Shown piece after piece: positions 1 through 11,640 of a stretch of 64,000 nt of DNA; within the stretch, counting starts at the first letter, position 1; each line of letters begins with the position of its first letter. The notes under the pieces are model-generated. The model was not told the DNA's origin. It saw only the letters and a list, made by a program, of their open reading frames with translations, and did no database searches. The position numbers and the translations under genes were made by a program. Source of the DNA: Balanoglossus misakiensis (taxonomy: Eukaryota; Animalia; Hemichordata). The stretch spans positions 7,703,097 through 7,767,096 of the forward strand of contig CM082598.2 in the NCBI GenBank assembly GCA_040954595.2, written 5' to 3'.

Positions 1-519
1 ACTGTTACACCAACTCAGTGGCTCTTGACTGAGTTAGTGAGATGTGACAGCTTAACCCCATTTTTCCCTGAGATAACTAAAATAGCTGAAGCTGCACTGT
101 GTGTTCCTGTGAGTAATGCTTGGCCTGAAAGGGGTGCAAGCACTTTGAAGAATGTCAAAACTAGATTAAGAAGTAGACTGTCAAGTGAAATGTTAGAATC
201 TATAATGCATATCAGCATAAATGGTCCCCCAGTTGCCAGTGCTGAGGCAGAACAGATAATATCTCTAGCTGTTGAAAAGTGGGAAAAAGCCAAAAGTAGA
301 AGATACCGCACAAAAGTACAGGCATCATCATGTGTAGACAGTGACTCAGGTGGGGCAACAGGTGGGGCCATTTATGCTGATGCTGCAGTGCAGGTGGATA
401 TTGAGGTTGAGGAGGAAAGTGTTTCCATGATGATACAACATGAAGTAACACAAGTGTCATGTGCTTTGGGTTTACCATCAGAGGATTCAGACCCTGATAG
501 TGACTTTGAATTTGGTTGA
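1..519 (+). CDS. C-terminal part of a hAT-family (ZNF862-like) transposase, dimerization domain; 5' part outside window
   Basis: Frame open from base 1. Motif ALCVPVSNAWPERGASTLKNVKTRLRSRLSSEMLESIMHISING matches the hAT C-terminal S(N)AxxERxFSxxxxxKTxxRxxL pattern; acidic tail; AATAAA at ~529. Confidence 0.8.
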   Translation, partial: TVTPTQWLLTELVRCDSLTPFFPEITKIAEAALCVPVSNAWPERGASTLKNVKTRLRSRLSSEMLESIMHISINGPPVASAEAEQIISLAVEKWEKAKSRRYRTKVQASSCVDSDSGGATGGAIYADAAVQVDIEVEEESVSMMIQHEVTQVSCALGLPSEDSDPDSDFEFG

Positions 520-587
520 CTAGTGCTGTAATAAAAGGTGGCTGAAGTAAAATCATATGAGTTTGTGTGTATGTGTTTGTGTGTAGA

Positions 588-675
588 ATGAGGGGGAGGG
601 GGGGTCAAAGGTCAACATGATTTGGGGGGGGGGGTCAAAGGTCAACATGTCCCGGCCCCGTGTAATTGTCCCCCT
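588..675 (+). mobile_element. Probable right terminus of the hAT element
   Basis: Two subterminal GGGGTCAAAGGTCAACATG repeats, then ...GTGTAATTGTCCCCTA (reverse complement TAGGGGACAATTACAC, a hAT-like TAGGG start). Left end and TSD not in window. Confidence 0.45.
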
Positions 676-2737
676 ACTTTGCCAATATGGCCCTCTATTT
701 CTAATTTTAGTGAAATCCCTGGAATGTTTTTGCACGTTTGTCTGTGCTTGCAGATTCCCATCATTGGACATGCCTGTAGATGAATCAGTGGATTTGACTT
801 TGGGGAGTGACACAGAAGATATGGGCAGAATTCCTCCTTTGCAGATGGAAGTTAATTCAGACAGTGACAGAGAAGATGAGCATTGCAGAACCCCACCATT
901 GCTCAGTGAGAAGTCAGATTCTATTAATATGTCCAAAGGTTCTCTGGATGCAACACTAGACAGTGATAAAAAAACGTGGCCACTGCTTCGCAACATCAGC
1001 TAAGCCACTGGTGACAGTGGACCTGACACTAGACAGTGATACAAGGTTTGTAAGAATATTTTAAGGGGACATTTTGTTTGCCAAACTGAATTCTCAATTA
1101 TATATCAACTTCAGTCATATTGCACCAAATTTGACACAAATTAACAAATAATTATATGACATTTGTACAGTTAAAAAGACATTAACATTGTACATTAAAG
1201 GGTTGCAGAGTGTCTATGCTAGCTGTGATGGCTCCAGTTGTGAACTTTCTGAACAGGTCAACCATTGATTTTTAAGTTTAAGAATGATTAAAACTGGATT
1301 TGTGTGTCAATTGCAATTGCTTTTGACTACGTGTTTATGAAAGATTGATTTTTTGTCATTTATCAAGATGGCTTTATTAAATTAGCACTCAATATTTCAC
1401 AAAATTGACTGGGATTGAAGAAACTAAACCATAATTACAGAAAGTGTATACGTGACTACATTTTTGGTAAATGTGTTTTATATTTGTGAGGTACATATTA
1501 ACTTGATTAATTTGAAATAATCTGTTCTTGTATTCACAGTGAAGATAGCCCCACCACAACTGACACCACCAGAGAGCAACTAAGTAGCCATAATGGAAAT
1601 TTTCCTGTGTACTCAACTGTTCATCAAGGGCTTAGCAGGAAGGACATACTTGACATAATCATATGTAAAACTGTCGATTCAAATATGGTGTGTCACGTAA
1701 TTCCCACTGGCATAAAAAAAATGTCACATATGTTATTGATACTAGAAAAGTTAATGTGAAAGACCTTACTGCAGATGACAATGGTATCTGGAAAGGGGGC
1801 CATGCTTGCCCATCTCGGCATGTGGCAATCATAATAGAAGATGACACAGTAGCAACTGTTAAAACTGTACCAAAGCAACACAGCAGAGCAGACAATGTGT
1901 ACAAATACCAAAGACAATACAGCACACATGCTACATCAACATTCAAGCGTATTATCCACAAAGTTTTTGATCGCAGTCATGTCCTTCTTCCTTATGTTGT
2001 CGTCCAATATTACTTTTGTGGTGGTGAAGAAACTCCAGTTGAACTACTCAAACATGGTAACAAACAGGCGGAAACAACTGACAATTACTATCGCACAAAG
2101 CCAAGTGTCTTTCAGAAAATGAGTGAAAAAATGGAAACCACACGACCAAAAAAAAATGTTACTCAGTGTACTGCAGAAGCTGGAGGTGCCATTGGTTGTT
2201 CCTCAGTAGGGGATATGCCAAGAGACAGGAGACAGGTTTACAACCTTAAGTCTCGTATGGAGGGGACACCAAAATGGAGGCAGGGTGGGCCACCAAAACA
2301 ACAAAACTATGAGGCTTTATTAGGACAAGCAGCGAAAAATGATTTTCTGAGACGTGTGGAGTTTAAGCCAAATCCCACAACATTTGCTGCAACTAACCAG
2401 CAGCTGTTTGATGTGCAGAGATTTTGTGGGAATGAAGATTATAAGTCCATCCTTGGCATCGATCCAACATTCAGGCTTGGGGAATTTTTAGTAACTGTGT
2501 CAACATTCTCACATCCGATGTTTTGCGTAAAGGATAGTGAACGCCATCCTACCATGATGGGACCCATTATGTGCCATACTGGGAAAAAAGTTGATGACTT
2601 TAAGTTCTTCTCTGAGAATTTAAAAAAATATGGCATCGAACGTTTATGTGTTTGGGGAACAGATGGGGAAACGGCACTTGTAAATGCAATGGAGAAAGAG
2701 TACCCTACTGACGTCCATGGAAACTCTATTCATTTAA

Positions 2738-3340
2738 AGCCTCAGTATTTCTCGTAGGGGCAAAATTTTGTTTGAAACGGCATCTATAATTTCTAAAAGT
2801 AGATGATAATTGATACTGAATCGAACAGTCATCATCCCCAGCTCTGCTCATAAACTCATACAATTCACAATATAACGAGTGAAGAATGACTTTCTGTCCG
2901 GACAGAAAGTCACGTGAGTCAGGCTCCTGTTGACACACGTGACTAGTGCGCATGCGCACTCCAATGTGAATCTATGCGGAAGAGGTTTGGTCGCCCCAAA
3001 TCAAGCGACTCAGCGGAGAAATGCGCACTAATTCGGCGGAATTTTGGGAAGATAACTTTATGGGAGAAATCAGTCGATGGAACCAGATCAAATCCGAAAA
3101 TGGTCTGACCATCAAATGTCAAAGTGGCATGTTTGCTGATCGACATGTACAACATTTCTGTTGTAAAATAAACCCGCGCATCATTTCAAGTGTTACGGGC
3201 AATATTTACAGCTTGCATGTAGCTACAGTTGCCCAAACCTTTCTTCTATCTTCATTATGTAATATTCCATGATGAATGTACAGGAAAAACGGGCATTTTT
3301 CGATGATGAAAAATGGATACACACGAGAAATACTGGGGCT
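2738..3340. mobile_element. Kolobok-type non-autonomous element (MITE), 603 bp
   Basis: TTAA at 2734-2737 and 3341-3344. TIR AGCCTCAGTATTTCTCGT / ACGAGAAATACTGGGGCT (17/18). AG..CT termini are Kolobok-like rather than piggyBac CC..GG. Excision restores the host reading frame. Confidence 0.85.
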
Positions 3341-3569
3341 TTAAGATGTTTTGCACATGTTCAATACAATATAAAACGCAAGCTCAGTACTCTTGGTGTA
3401 GAGAAAAAACACGCGAATAAAATTTGTAATGATATCTTATAGTCCATGGGCCAGAGACCGAAACCCTCCCCCCCCCCCCTGGGGAGTTTTGCAGACATAT
3501 ATTTTTGGAAAGCCTATTTATCCAGCTGTCAGAATCAGGTTGTTTGCACTCATATTAATGGTGGGTGTG

Positions 3570-4950
3570 GCCGTGAGGAGCGGTTGTCATGGTAACGATA
3601 GCATAATTTTAGGGGTACTCATACAGTTAAAAAATGATATATTTCAGAATCTGAGAAAGCTAGAGAAAAAAATTTAAACATTGGGTCTTATAAAGTAGGT
3701 TACGGGCTATCCAATGATTACATGACCGACAAGGTCAGAGGTCAAGTTCATCTTCAAAACGCGGGGTCAAAGTAAAAATTGCGCTATTTTTTGCATAACG
3801 ATCATACATAGTTTCGATTTACTGGAAAACGGTTTGCTCGAGGAGGCTGTAAACTGGTCATCAGGTAGCAAGGAATATTAGCTTTAAGAAAAATAGGCCT
3901 ATTTTCGTCTTTGATTGTAATTTATATTAAAATTCTGTAACCATAACGACGGATAGCAGATTTTGCGAAAATCACAAAAATAAGAATCCTGCTATATCTT
4001 TGCTACCAATTAAGCTTTAGATAAAATTTAAACACTCAAACTTATAATGTCGGGTGCGATCTTTTCATTGCTAACTTGAACTTTGGGGTTCAAGGTCAAG
4101 GTCATCCTCAAATTTCAGGTCAAAGTGACAAAATGGACATTATGGACTTTTGTTCAAAATGACATTTTACGGCGAGTGTTTACTAAACACTCTTTGGGTC
4201 TAGAATGCTATAATTTGATCTCCAGATAGAGATGTGTATTGTTTACAAAGATTTTAATTTGTTTTGCTGTTTACATATACTTAATATGCACAACCAGCTG
4301 TTATAATGACAACAAAATGAATGGTAGGAATAGCAAGAGTACGCATACAGTTAAAATGAGATATTTCAGGTTCAGAGAAAGCTAGAGAAAAAATTTAAAC
4401 ATTCAGTATTATAAAGTAGGGTACGGGCTATCCAATGATTACATGACCGACAAGGTCAGAGGTCAAGTTCATCTTCAAAACTTGGGGTCAAAGTGAAAAT
4501 TTCGCTATTTTTCGCATATCGATCATACATAGTTTTGATTTACTGGAAAACGCTTTGCTCGAGGAGGCTGTAAACTGGTCATCAGGTAGCAAGGAATATT
4601 AGCTTTAAGAAAAATAGGCCTATTTTCGTCTTTGATTGTAATTTATATTAAAATTCTGTAACCATAACGACGGATAGAAGATTTTGCGAAATTCCCCAAA
4701 ATAAGAAACTTGCTATATCTTTGCTACCAATTAAGCTTTACATATAATTTAAAAACTCAAACATATAATGTCGGGTGCGAGCTTTTGATTGCTAAATTGA
4801 ACTTTGGGGTTCAAGGTCAAGGTCATCCTCAAATTTCGGGTCAAAGTGACAAAATGGGCATTATGGACTTTGTTCAAAATGACATTTTACGGCGAGTTTA
4901 TTACACTGTTTGGATCTAGAATGCTATAATTTTGTATATTTTGATATTTT
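3570..4950. repeat. Tandem duplication (~720-bp period) inside the left Academ TIR
   Basis: GGCTATCCAATGATTACATGACCGACAAGGTCAGAGG and the following ~500 bp recur at ~3706 and ~4427. Confidence 0.85.
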
Positions 4951-5339
4951 AAATTTAAAGTTCAGGGTCACCTTCAAAAGATGGGGTCAAAATTCAATAT
5001 CCCAACTCTAATTAGTGTTGCAGATCTCCCCAGAAAAAAACGAACCCTCTGACTTGGCCATACAACATTTTGTGTCATACACCATTTTAAAGTTAAGTTC
5101 TGAGAGTTTGAAAATGCTTGACGATATTTTCAATTCCCATGGCGAGCTGATAAATTCAAGATTTAGTAAAATTGGTATATTTCTTGAAATATGCGAACGT
5201 GCATTTGCAATTGCTATAAAGGGACATACATTATCAGCATGTTTTTACTGTAAAAATACTATATTCAACTTATATTGTGGCCATTCTATGGTATTTCATT
5301 TTAAATATGTACAAAGTATTATCATATTTAGCACATTCT

Positions 5340-6270
5340 TATCAAGATGATTTCTGTTGGTATGACAAGTTGACGTAAGGAGTCATCTTGCCCCTCTATC
5401 AGACGCTGCAATTGCGTGTAGAACTAAGAACAATCCGCGTATCTGCTTCTTCACTGTATCTTTTGCGACAACAAAAGTGGTGAAGTTTGGTCCTCCACTT
5501 ACAATTAATTTCTGACCAATGTTGAGATCTACTTTTTTCATTATGTGTAGCATTTTGCAAAATTTGCTTTGTTTTCCTGATTAATGGTAAGCAAGAATGC
5601 CGTCCATTTTGTCGGAGCAATTAGATCAAGTATGATATGATGTGCTGGAGCAACACACATCACGTGTTTGGCCTTTGATCCTTTGATCCCTTTCGCATCA
5701 TAATTATCAATGATCATGTGTATTTGCGAATTATCAACAGGACCTAAAATTCGGCCTCTATTCTACATTATGTATTCCATAAATCCTATTGCTATATCGA
5801 TAAAAGTGATTCTGTCTACAAGATTAGGACCAGGCAGAGACTGAATGGTCATCATAAACTATGGCATCGGCAGCCTCAATGCTAGTCTATCTGTCTCCTG
5901 GAAATGAATTTTAAGTCCATCATCTGAAAACAAACAGAGAGGAACGTTGGAATTTTCAATGACTCCGATGAGTGGCTTCTTCTAACTTGTATTAACAGCA
6001 GGTAATCAAAGATAAACCGTCTTCTTCATTTTTGTCATGTTTTTACATTTCTGCAAGTCATACTATGATAGAAGCACTTACACGGTTTGTCAGGTTCTTC
6101 TTGTATAATTAGTTGCTCAGAAAAAAACAACAGCCATTTCTTTTGATATAGTAATGTTGATAGTTGCTTAAATGAGGGTCGGAAAGATCAAATGGGTCGA
6201 CAAATGCTCCACCTTGTAATTCTTAAAGCTTTGCCACATCAGTATTCCATCTCTTAATGACTGCTTTTCC
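5340..6270 (-). pseudogene. Degraded Academ XPG-like nuclease region
   Basis: Fragments QENKANF and SEEADTRIVL..LHAIA; many stops, frameshifts and deletions. Confidence 0.6.
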
Positions 6271-6275
6271 ATATC

Positions 6276-6514
6276 TGTTATGTTATTGACTATTATTATT
6301 CGGGAGACCGTGGGGTGGATCGATGACCAGGACTGACTCTTATTGCAAGTAAACACAACTATTTATTATGAAGATATGTGCGCGACTGTGTCTAACAGTC
6401 CGCCATGAAACAGCAAGAGAGCGAAGTAACAGCAGGGTTACATGCACTAGAAATCAGGGCGTGAGCGAGGGCGCTATATAGCAAGGATAGCTGACACAAG
6501 GTGATAACACAACA
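6276..6514 (-). repeat. 3' LTR of Mag-like Gypsy
   Basis: Direct repeat of 10844-11082, adjacent to PPT. Confidence 0.95.
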
Positions 6515-6639
6515 TCCCCCTTTGTAAGAAAAAGTGATAGAACACAGTTTGGCAAAATCTGAACTTGTGAATGTCAATAACAATGTCTTTCAATGAATGA
6601 ACTCATAACTGAAGTGTCACTAATCGAGCTCATTAGAGT

Positions 6640-9600
6640 TCACAAGTCTAGGCGCTCTGGTTTCCTAATCGTACGCTGTGAACGACGTAACGCGGGTGCT
6701 GCGGCAGCGGTGTTGTTTTCCTTCGTGGGTGTGGAGTTTGCAGTGCTGGCTGGTCCCGGTACATCTACGGTGATGTCGTTGTCGTGACGGCGCGTACGTA
6801 GGTCTTCATCACGGAAGATCTCTGCAGTAGGCCTGATGTGGCGTCGGTTACGCCTGTACACACCTCGCGATGTCTCTACTGTATAAGATCGTGGTTCGGC
6901 GGTGTGCGTGATGATCTTGCCTGGTTCCCATGTCTTGTTGACGGGGTGTTGCACACGAACTGATTGGTGTGGCTTCAGCTCGGACAGGGGACGGTTGCTC
7001 TCAAAGCGTTTTGTTGACGCGTCTTGACGGCGTTGTAATGCTTCGCTATGGCGGCTTGCATTGTGTGGCATCCTGCCCGGTAGGTTTGACTTGTACATGC
7101 GTGAATTCAGCATCTCGCAGGGCGACGGCAAGTTGTGATCAATCGGCGTTGTGCGCAGACATAGCATAGCTAAATGCGGATCAGTGCCTGTCTCGCGGGC
7201 TTTCGTGAAAAGATCTTTCACCGTATCGACCTGCTTCTCGATGAAGCCATTGCTGGACGGGAAGTGAGGTGAACTCGTGATGTGTTCAAATCCGTAGTTT
7301 CTCGCGAATTCTTTGAATTCCTTGCAATCGAATTGCGGTCCGTTGTCAGAAATCAAGCGATGGCAAATTCCATGCTCGTCGAACATCACTTTCATGTGGT
7401 TGATGATCGATCTCGAACTGAGGTTGCTCAGTTTGCGTACCAGTGGGAATTTAGAATACTGGTCGGCTACCAATAGGTATGTTGATTGTTCCCAGTAGAA
7501 CAAATCGGTTGATAGCGTGTGGCATGGTCCGGGTGGCACGTCGTATGAGTGCAGCGGTTCTTTGGGCAGCGAGTTTTGGTACTTTTGGCACGTTGGGCAT
7601 TTGCGTACCATCTGTTCAATGTCATTGTTCATGCCTACCCAATAGACTGCAGATTTGGCGCGTAGCCGGCATTTCTCATGCCCTGGTGTGCGAGATGAAT
7701 CTTCTCTAGCGCCATTTTGCGTAATGACTTGGGTACGACGATTCTGTTACCCTTGATGACGACTCCATCTGCTACACCTAATTCTTCTCGGAATGTCCAA
7801 TACGGAAGCAAGTGAGTTGGACACTCGGCGCGCGTGTCTGGCCAACCTGTCATTATCATATTTCGAAGCGCGGTTAGCTCAACATCGCGGGCGGTCTCTT
7901 CGCGGAACTGATCAAGTCGAGCGGGCGAAGCACTCAGGTTCATCTGATGTACTGTAATGTCGAGACCTTCGACTGTTGTTCCGGCTTTGGGATCAACGCG
8001 TGATAGCGCGTCAGCTAGCGGGACGCATTTCCCTGTGACGTACTCTAGCGTGTAGTTGTATGGTTGCATGCGTAGCAGCATTCGTGCTAGTCTCGGCGTA
8101 ACATTCACAATGTTTTTCTTTACGATGCTCACCAGCGGCCGGTGATCTGTCTCGATTGTGACGTGGCGGGCGAATACGTACTCATGGAATCGCTCTAGAC
8201 CATATATCACGGCTAACATTTCCCTCTCGATATTCGAGTAGCGCATTTCTGTGTCCGTCAGTGCTTTACTCGCGAACGCGATAGGGCGTTTGTCTTGAAT
8301 AAGCGATGCACCTAGGCCTCTGCTGGACGCGTCTACTTGTAACGTCAGCGGTTTGCGTGGATCGTAAAACGGAAGATTGCGTGTTGCGCACATCTCTGCT
8401 TTGATTCGCGTGAATGCACGGTCGTGTTCTGGACCCCACAGGAACTCAGAGTCCTGTTTACAAAGGTCGCGTAACGGTGCCGTTAGGTCTGCTAAGCAGG
8501 GCGTGAATCTGCTTAGGTAGTACCGAGAAAGCTCTGTAAGCTCAGCTGGGCGGTCCATCTCCCTGATCGCTGATATCTTAGCGGGATCGGGCGAGATACC
8601 ATCTTCTCCGATGATGTGACCGTAGAATGGTATGCGTTTGCATCGTACGACTAGCTTCTCGTCGTTGAAGCGTGCATTTTTCTCTCGTGCGCGTTGTAGT
8701 ACGCGGCGAAGCGCGACATCGTGATCATGGCCATCCGCGTCCCAGCCTGCGATTATGAGGTCATCTGAGATTCCGAACACGCCATGGATGTCACCATATA
8801 GCTTATCCATCTGTCCTTGAAAGACATCTTGGGCGCACTTTATGCCCATCGGTAATCGGCGGTAGCAGTATCTACCAAACGGTGTGTTGAACGTTGTGAG
8901 TAGGGCGCTCTCGTCATCTAGCGGTATGTTCCAATACCCGGAGCGAGCATCTAAAATGCTAAACCACTTTGCACCGTGCAGGCGGCTTACTATCTCATCG
9001 AACGTTGGGGTAGGATAGTGAGGACGTTTGATCGCGTGATTTAAATCTTTCGGATCGAGGCAGAGGCGGATTCTGCCGTTTTTCTTTGTGACACAGACGC
9101 AACTGTTGACCCAATCAGTCGGTTGTGTGACCGGTTCCAGTACTCCTTTCTGTACAAGCGAGTCTAGCTCCTCTTTGAGCGCGTCGCGAAGAGCGTACGG
9201 AACGCGTCGCGGGGGGTGTACCACGGGCGGTACGTTCGGGTCAGTCTCGATGTGATATTTGCCCTCAAAGCAGCCAATCCCTTGAAATACATCCGCGTAT
9301 TGTTCAAGCACTTTCTCACGCGCTATGGGATCGCCCTTTGGTCTGCCGCGTTGCGATGACGCGTTGGACACAGTGTCGGACACCGTGTTGTCGTCTACCA
9401 CATCGATGTTATAGTGAAATGTCACTAGCTGCAATGCGTTGCAGGTTGGCAAACCGAGAAGTACCGGTCCTTCGGCTTTGCTCACGTGAAATAAACAGCG
9501 CGTAGTCTTGTCGCGGTGTTTGAGTGTGAGGTAACACGTACCGTAAAGCTCAACGGTGTGACCTCCGAACGCAATCAGTCTGGATTGACACGGCTGTAAT

Positions 9601-10691
9601 CCAACCAATTCGTTTTCTGTGGTGGGTATCAGTGTTCGGTATACTGAGGCGAGCATGACATTACCCTCTGCACCAGTGTCTATCTTGCATCTGATGGCTT
9701 TTGTTTTGTAATCGGATCTGGCGCTGAGCGTGACGAAGGCTTGCTTGTCGCTACGGTTGCTAGGGGTAACGGTTTGACAGCTGTGGTCTTCACGGACCGT
9801 GTGAAAGTAAACGGTAGCTGCTTCAGCGTTGACTGGACTTCCTGAGTCAGTCTCTTTCATTGTGTGAACACGAGTAGTCGGCTCTGACTTCACTGTGCTC
9901 GGTGCTACTCTCGAGCGAGTTGATCTGCACATCTTTATCCAATGGTTTTGCTTACCGCAGTTTCGGCAGGTTGATCCACGGGCAGGGCATCTTTCCTCCC
10001 GTTTATGAGATTTACCACAATTCCGGCAGGGTTGGGTTGGTGACCTAGGCGGTGACCTCGTGTCACACTTTTTGGCGCTAGTCATTCTGTGGGTTTTCGG
10101 TTTTCCACCACGGGATCTGTGTATAACGTGAACTGTCTCTGGTTCAGCGCTATTGATGTCATTCAGTTGACGAGATGTGGCCTCGTGTCGCTGACATACT
10201 TGTATGGCGTCTTGTAGCGTTGTTTTTTCGCCTTTCTCAAGCAATTTCAATTGTACTTGACGTGAGTTGATGCCATAAATGAGTGTATCTAACATATGTT
10301 CGTTAGGCTCTTTGTAATTGCAATCAGCACAAATGAGTCTGATTCGTTTCATGAAGCTGTCCACGGTTTCATCGGTTTCTTGCTTCAGGTTTCTCAATTT
10401 GAATCTGGCAACTCGAAAATTGCTGTGTGGCTTCACATATGCCTCAAACATCTCCCAGTGTTTGGCGAGATCGTTCAGGGAATCGCCTTTCAGTCCCCAT
10501 GATTTCTGTATGTCACGACCGTCTTGACCAATCCAGATCAGCAGATATCTGAGTTTTCTTTTGTCATCTAGGTTCGCTAATGGACCATCAAAGTACAGCT
10601 CACACAAGTCTTTAAACTTTGTGAGTGCAGTGACTGGGTCGTCAGAGTTCCAGTCCATCTGTGGTGTTGGGAGACCACTTAATTCTGCCAT
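6640..10691 (-). pseudogene. gag-pol polyprotein (zinc knuckles, protease, RT, RNase H, integrase) with one frameshift near 7675
   Basis: CRNCGKSH..C and CRNCGKQNHWIKMC knuckles; IDTGA protease; LDARSGYW and ISDD RT; VDAS..EREMLA..TDH RNase H; HLAHQG..CPTC and SDNGPQF..IEKQV integrase. Confidence 0.93.
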
Positions 10692-10843
10692 GCTGATGCT
10701 GTTTTGATTTCGGCGCGGAGAGCGTCTCAGTGTGTGTTACAATACCTGGCAATGCTCTGTGCAGTCGAGTCCGTTGGTTTCTTCTGATCACCACTTCAGC
10801 GACGGTTTCTAGTTGTCGGCTAAAGTCACCTTTCCTGACACCA

Positions 10844-11082
10844 TGTTATGTTATTGACTATTATTATTCGGGAGACCGTGGGGTGGATCGATGACCAGGA
10901 CTGACTCTTATTGCAAGTAAACACAACTATTTATTATGAAGATATGTGCGCGACTGTGTCTAACAGTCCGCCATGAAACAGCAAGAGAGCGAAGTAACAG
11001 CAGGGTTACATGCACTATAAATCAGGGCGCGAGCGAGGGCGCTATATAGCAAGGATAGCTGACACAAGGTGATAACACAACA
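10844..11082 (-). repeat. 5' LTR of Mag-like Gypsy
   Basis: Direct repeat of 6276-6514, followed on the minus strand by a TGGTGTCAG PBS (tRNA-Leu-like by inference). Confidence 0.95.
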
Positions 11083-11087
11083 ATATC

Positions 11088-11640
11088 GGATCTTATTTTG
11101 TTTACCAATACTGCATATTTATTTGTGAAATGTATCAGAGAACTTTGCAGTAATCGGTCCACCCAAAACCACTTTTCAAGTGCTAAACCTCTCATCTTTA
11201 ATCCTATGACACCACCAGCACCCTTTAGTGAATCGTCAGATAAGTTTGCCATGAAATCCCCTTCATTTAATGACTCTTGTACACTTTCGGGTATTCTATG
11301 CATCACCAGAATAAGTACTGACATGTATCTTGCATAGTCCGTTTCGATTGGCACAAAACAACAGAGGTAATAATAGCTGATTCTTAGCAGTTTGGCAAAT
11401 ATCTCAATCACCATTTCTTAATGCACTTACATTTCTACCGGTGGGTAGAGTTTTAATGGCAGCAATACTCTACACAAAGTCATACCAAAAGTTAAAAGTT
11501 ACTCCTCTCTTGTCTAAACTCAGCCATAAGCGGGAAATGATGTTCAATGATGTGTTCCACAAAATTGTGAACTATTTCCAAAAGTTCATTAGCAGGCTGG
11601 GAAGTCAAAAGATCACAAACCATTTCAGGCATTGACTGTG
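11088..11640 (-). pseudogene. Degraded Academ transposase fragment
   Basis: ETDYARYMSVLILVMHRIPESVQESLNEGDF...LKGAGGVIGL..ALEKWF resembles the Academ NYAR..M..LP..F..G.F..K..GG..G..A..W block. Confidence 0.65.

Larger units (their letters stand above)
6276..11082 (-). mobile_element. Full-length Ty3/Gypsy LTR retrotransposon (Mag/K02A2.6-like)
   Basis: 239-bp TG..CA LTRs at 6276-6514 and 10844-11082 (2 differences seen). 5-bp TSD ATATC (6271-6275, 11083-11087). PBS TGGTGTCAGGAAAG directly after the 5' LTR. PPT AAAGGGGGA next to the 3' LTR. Confidence 0.97.

Noticed and set aside
2738-3340. piggyBac assignment for TTAA-flanked MITEs
   Set aside because: Ends are AG..CT, not CC..GG; fits Kolobok better.
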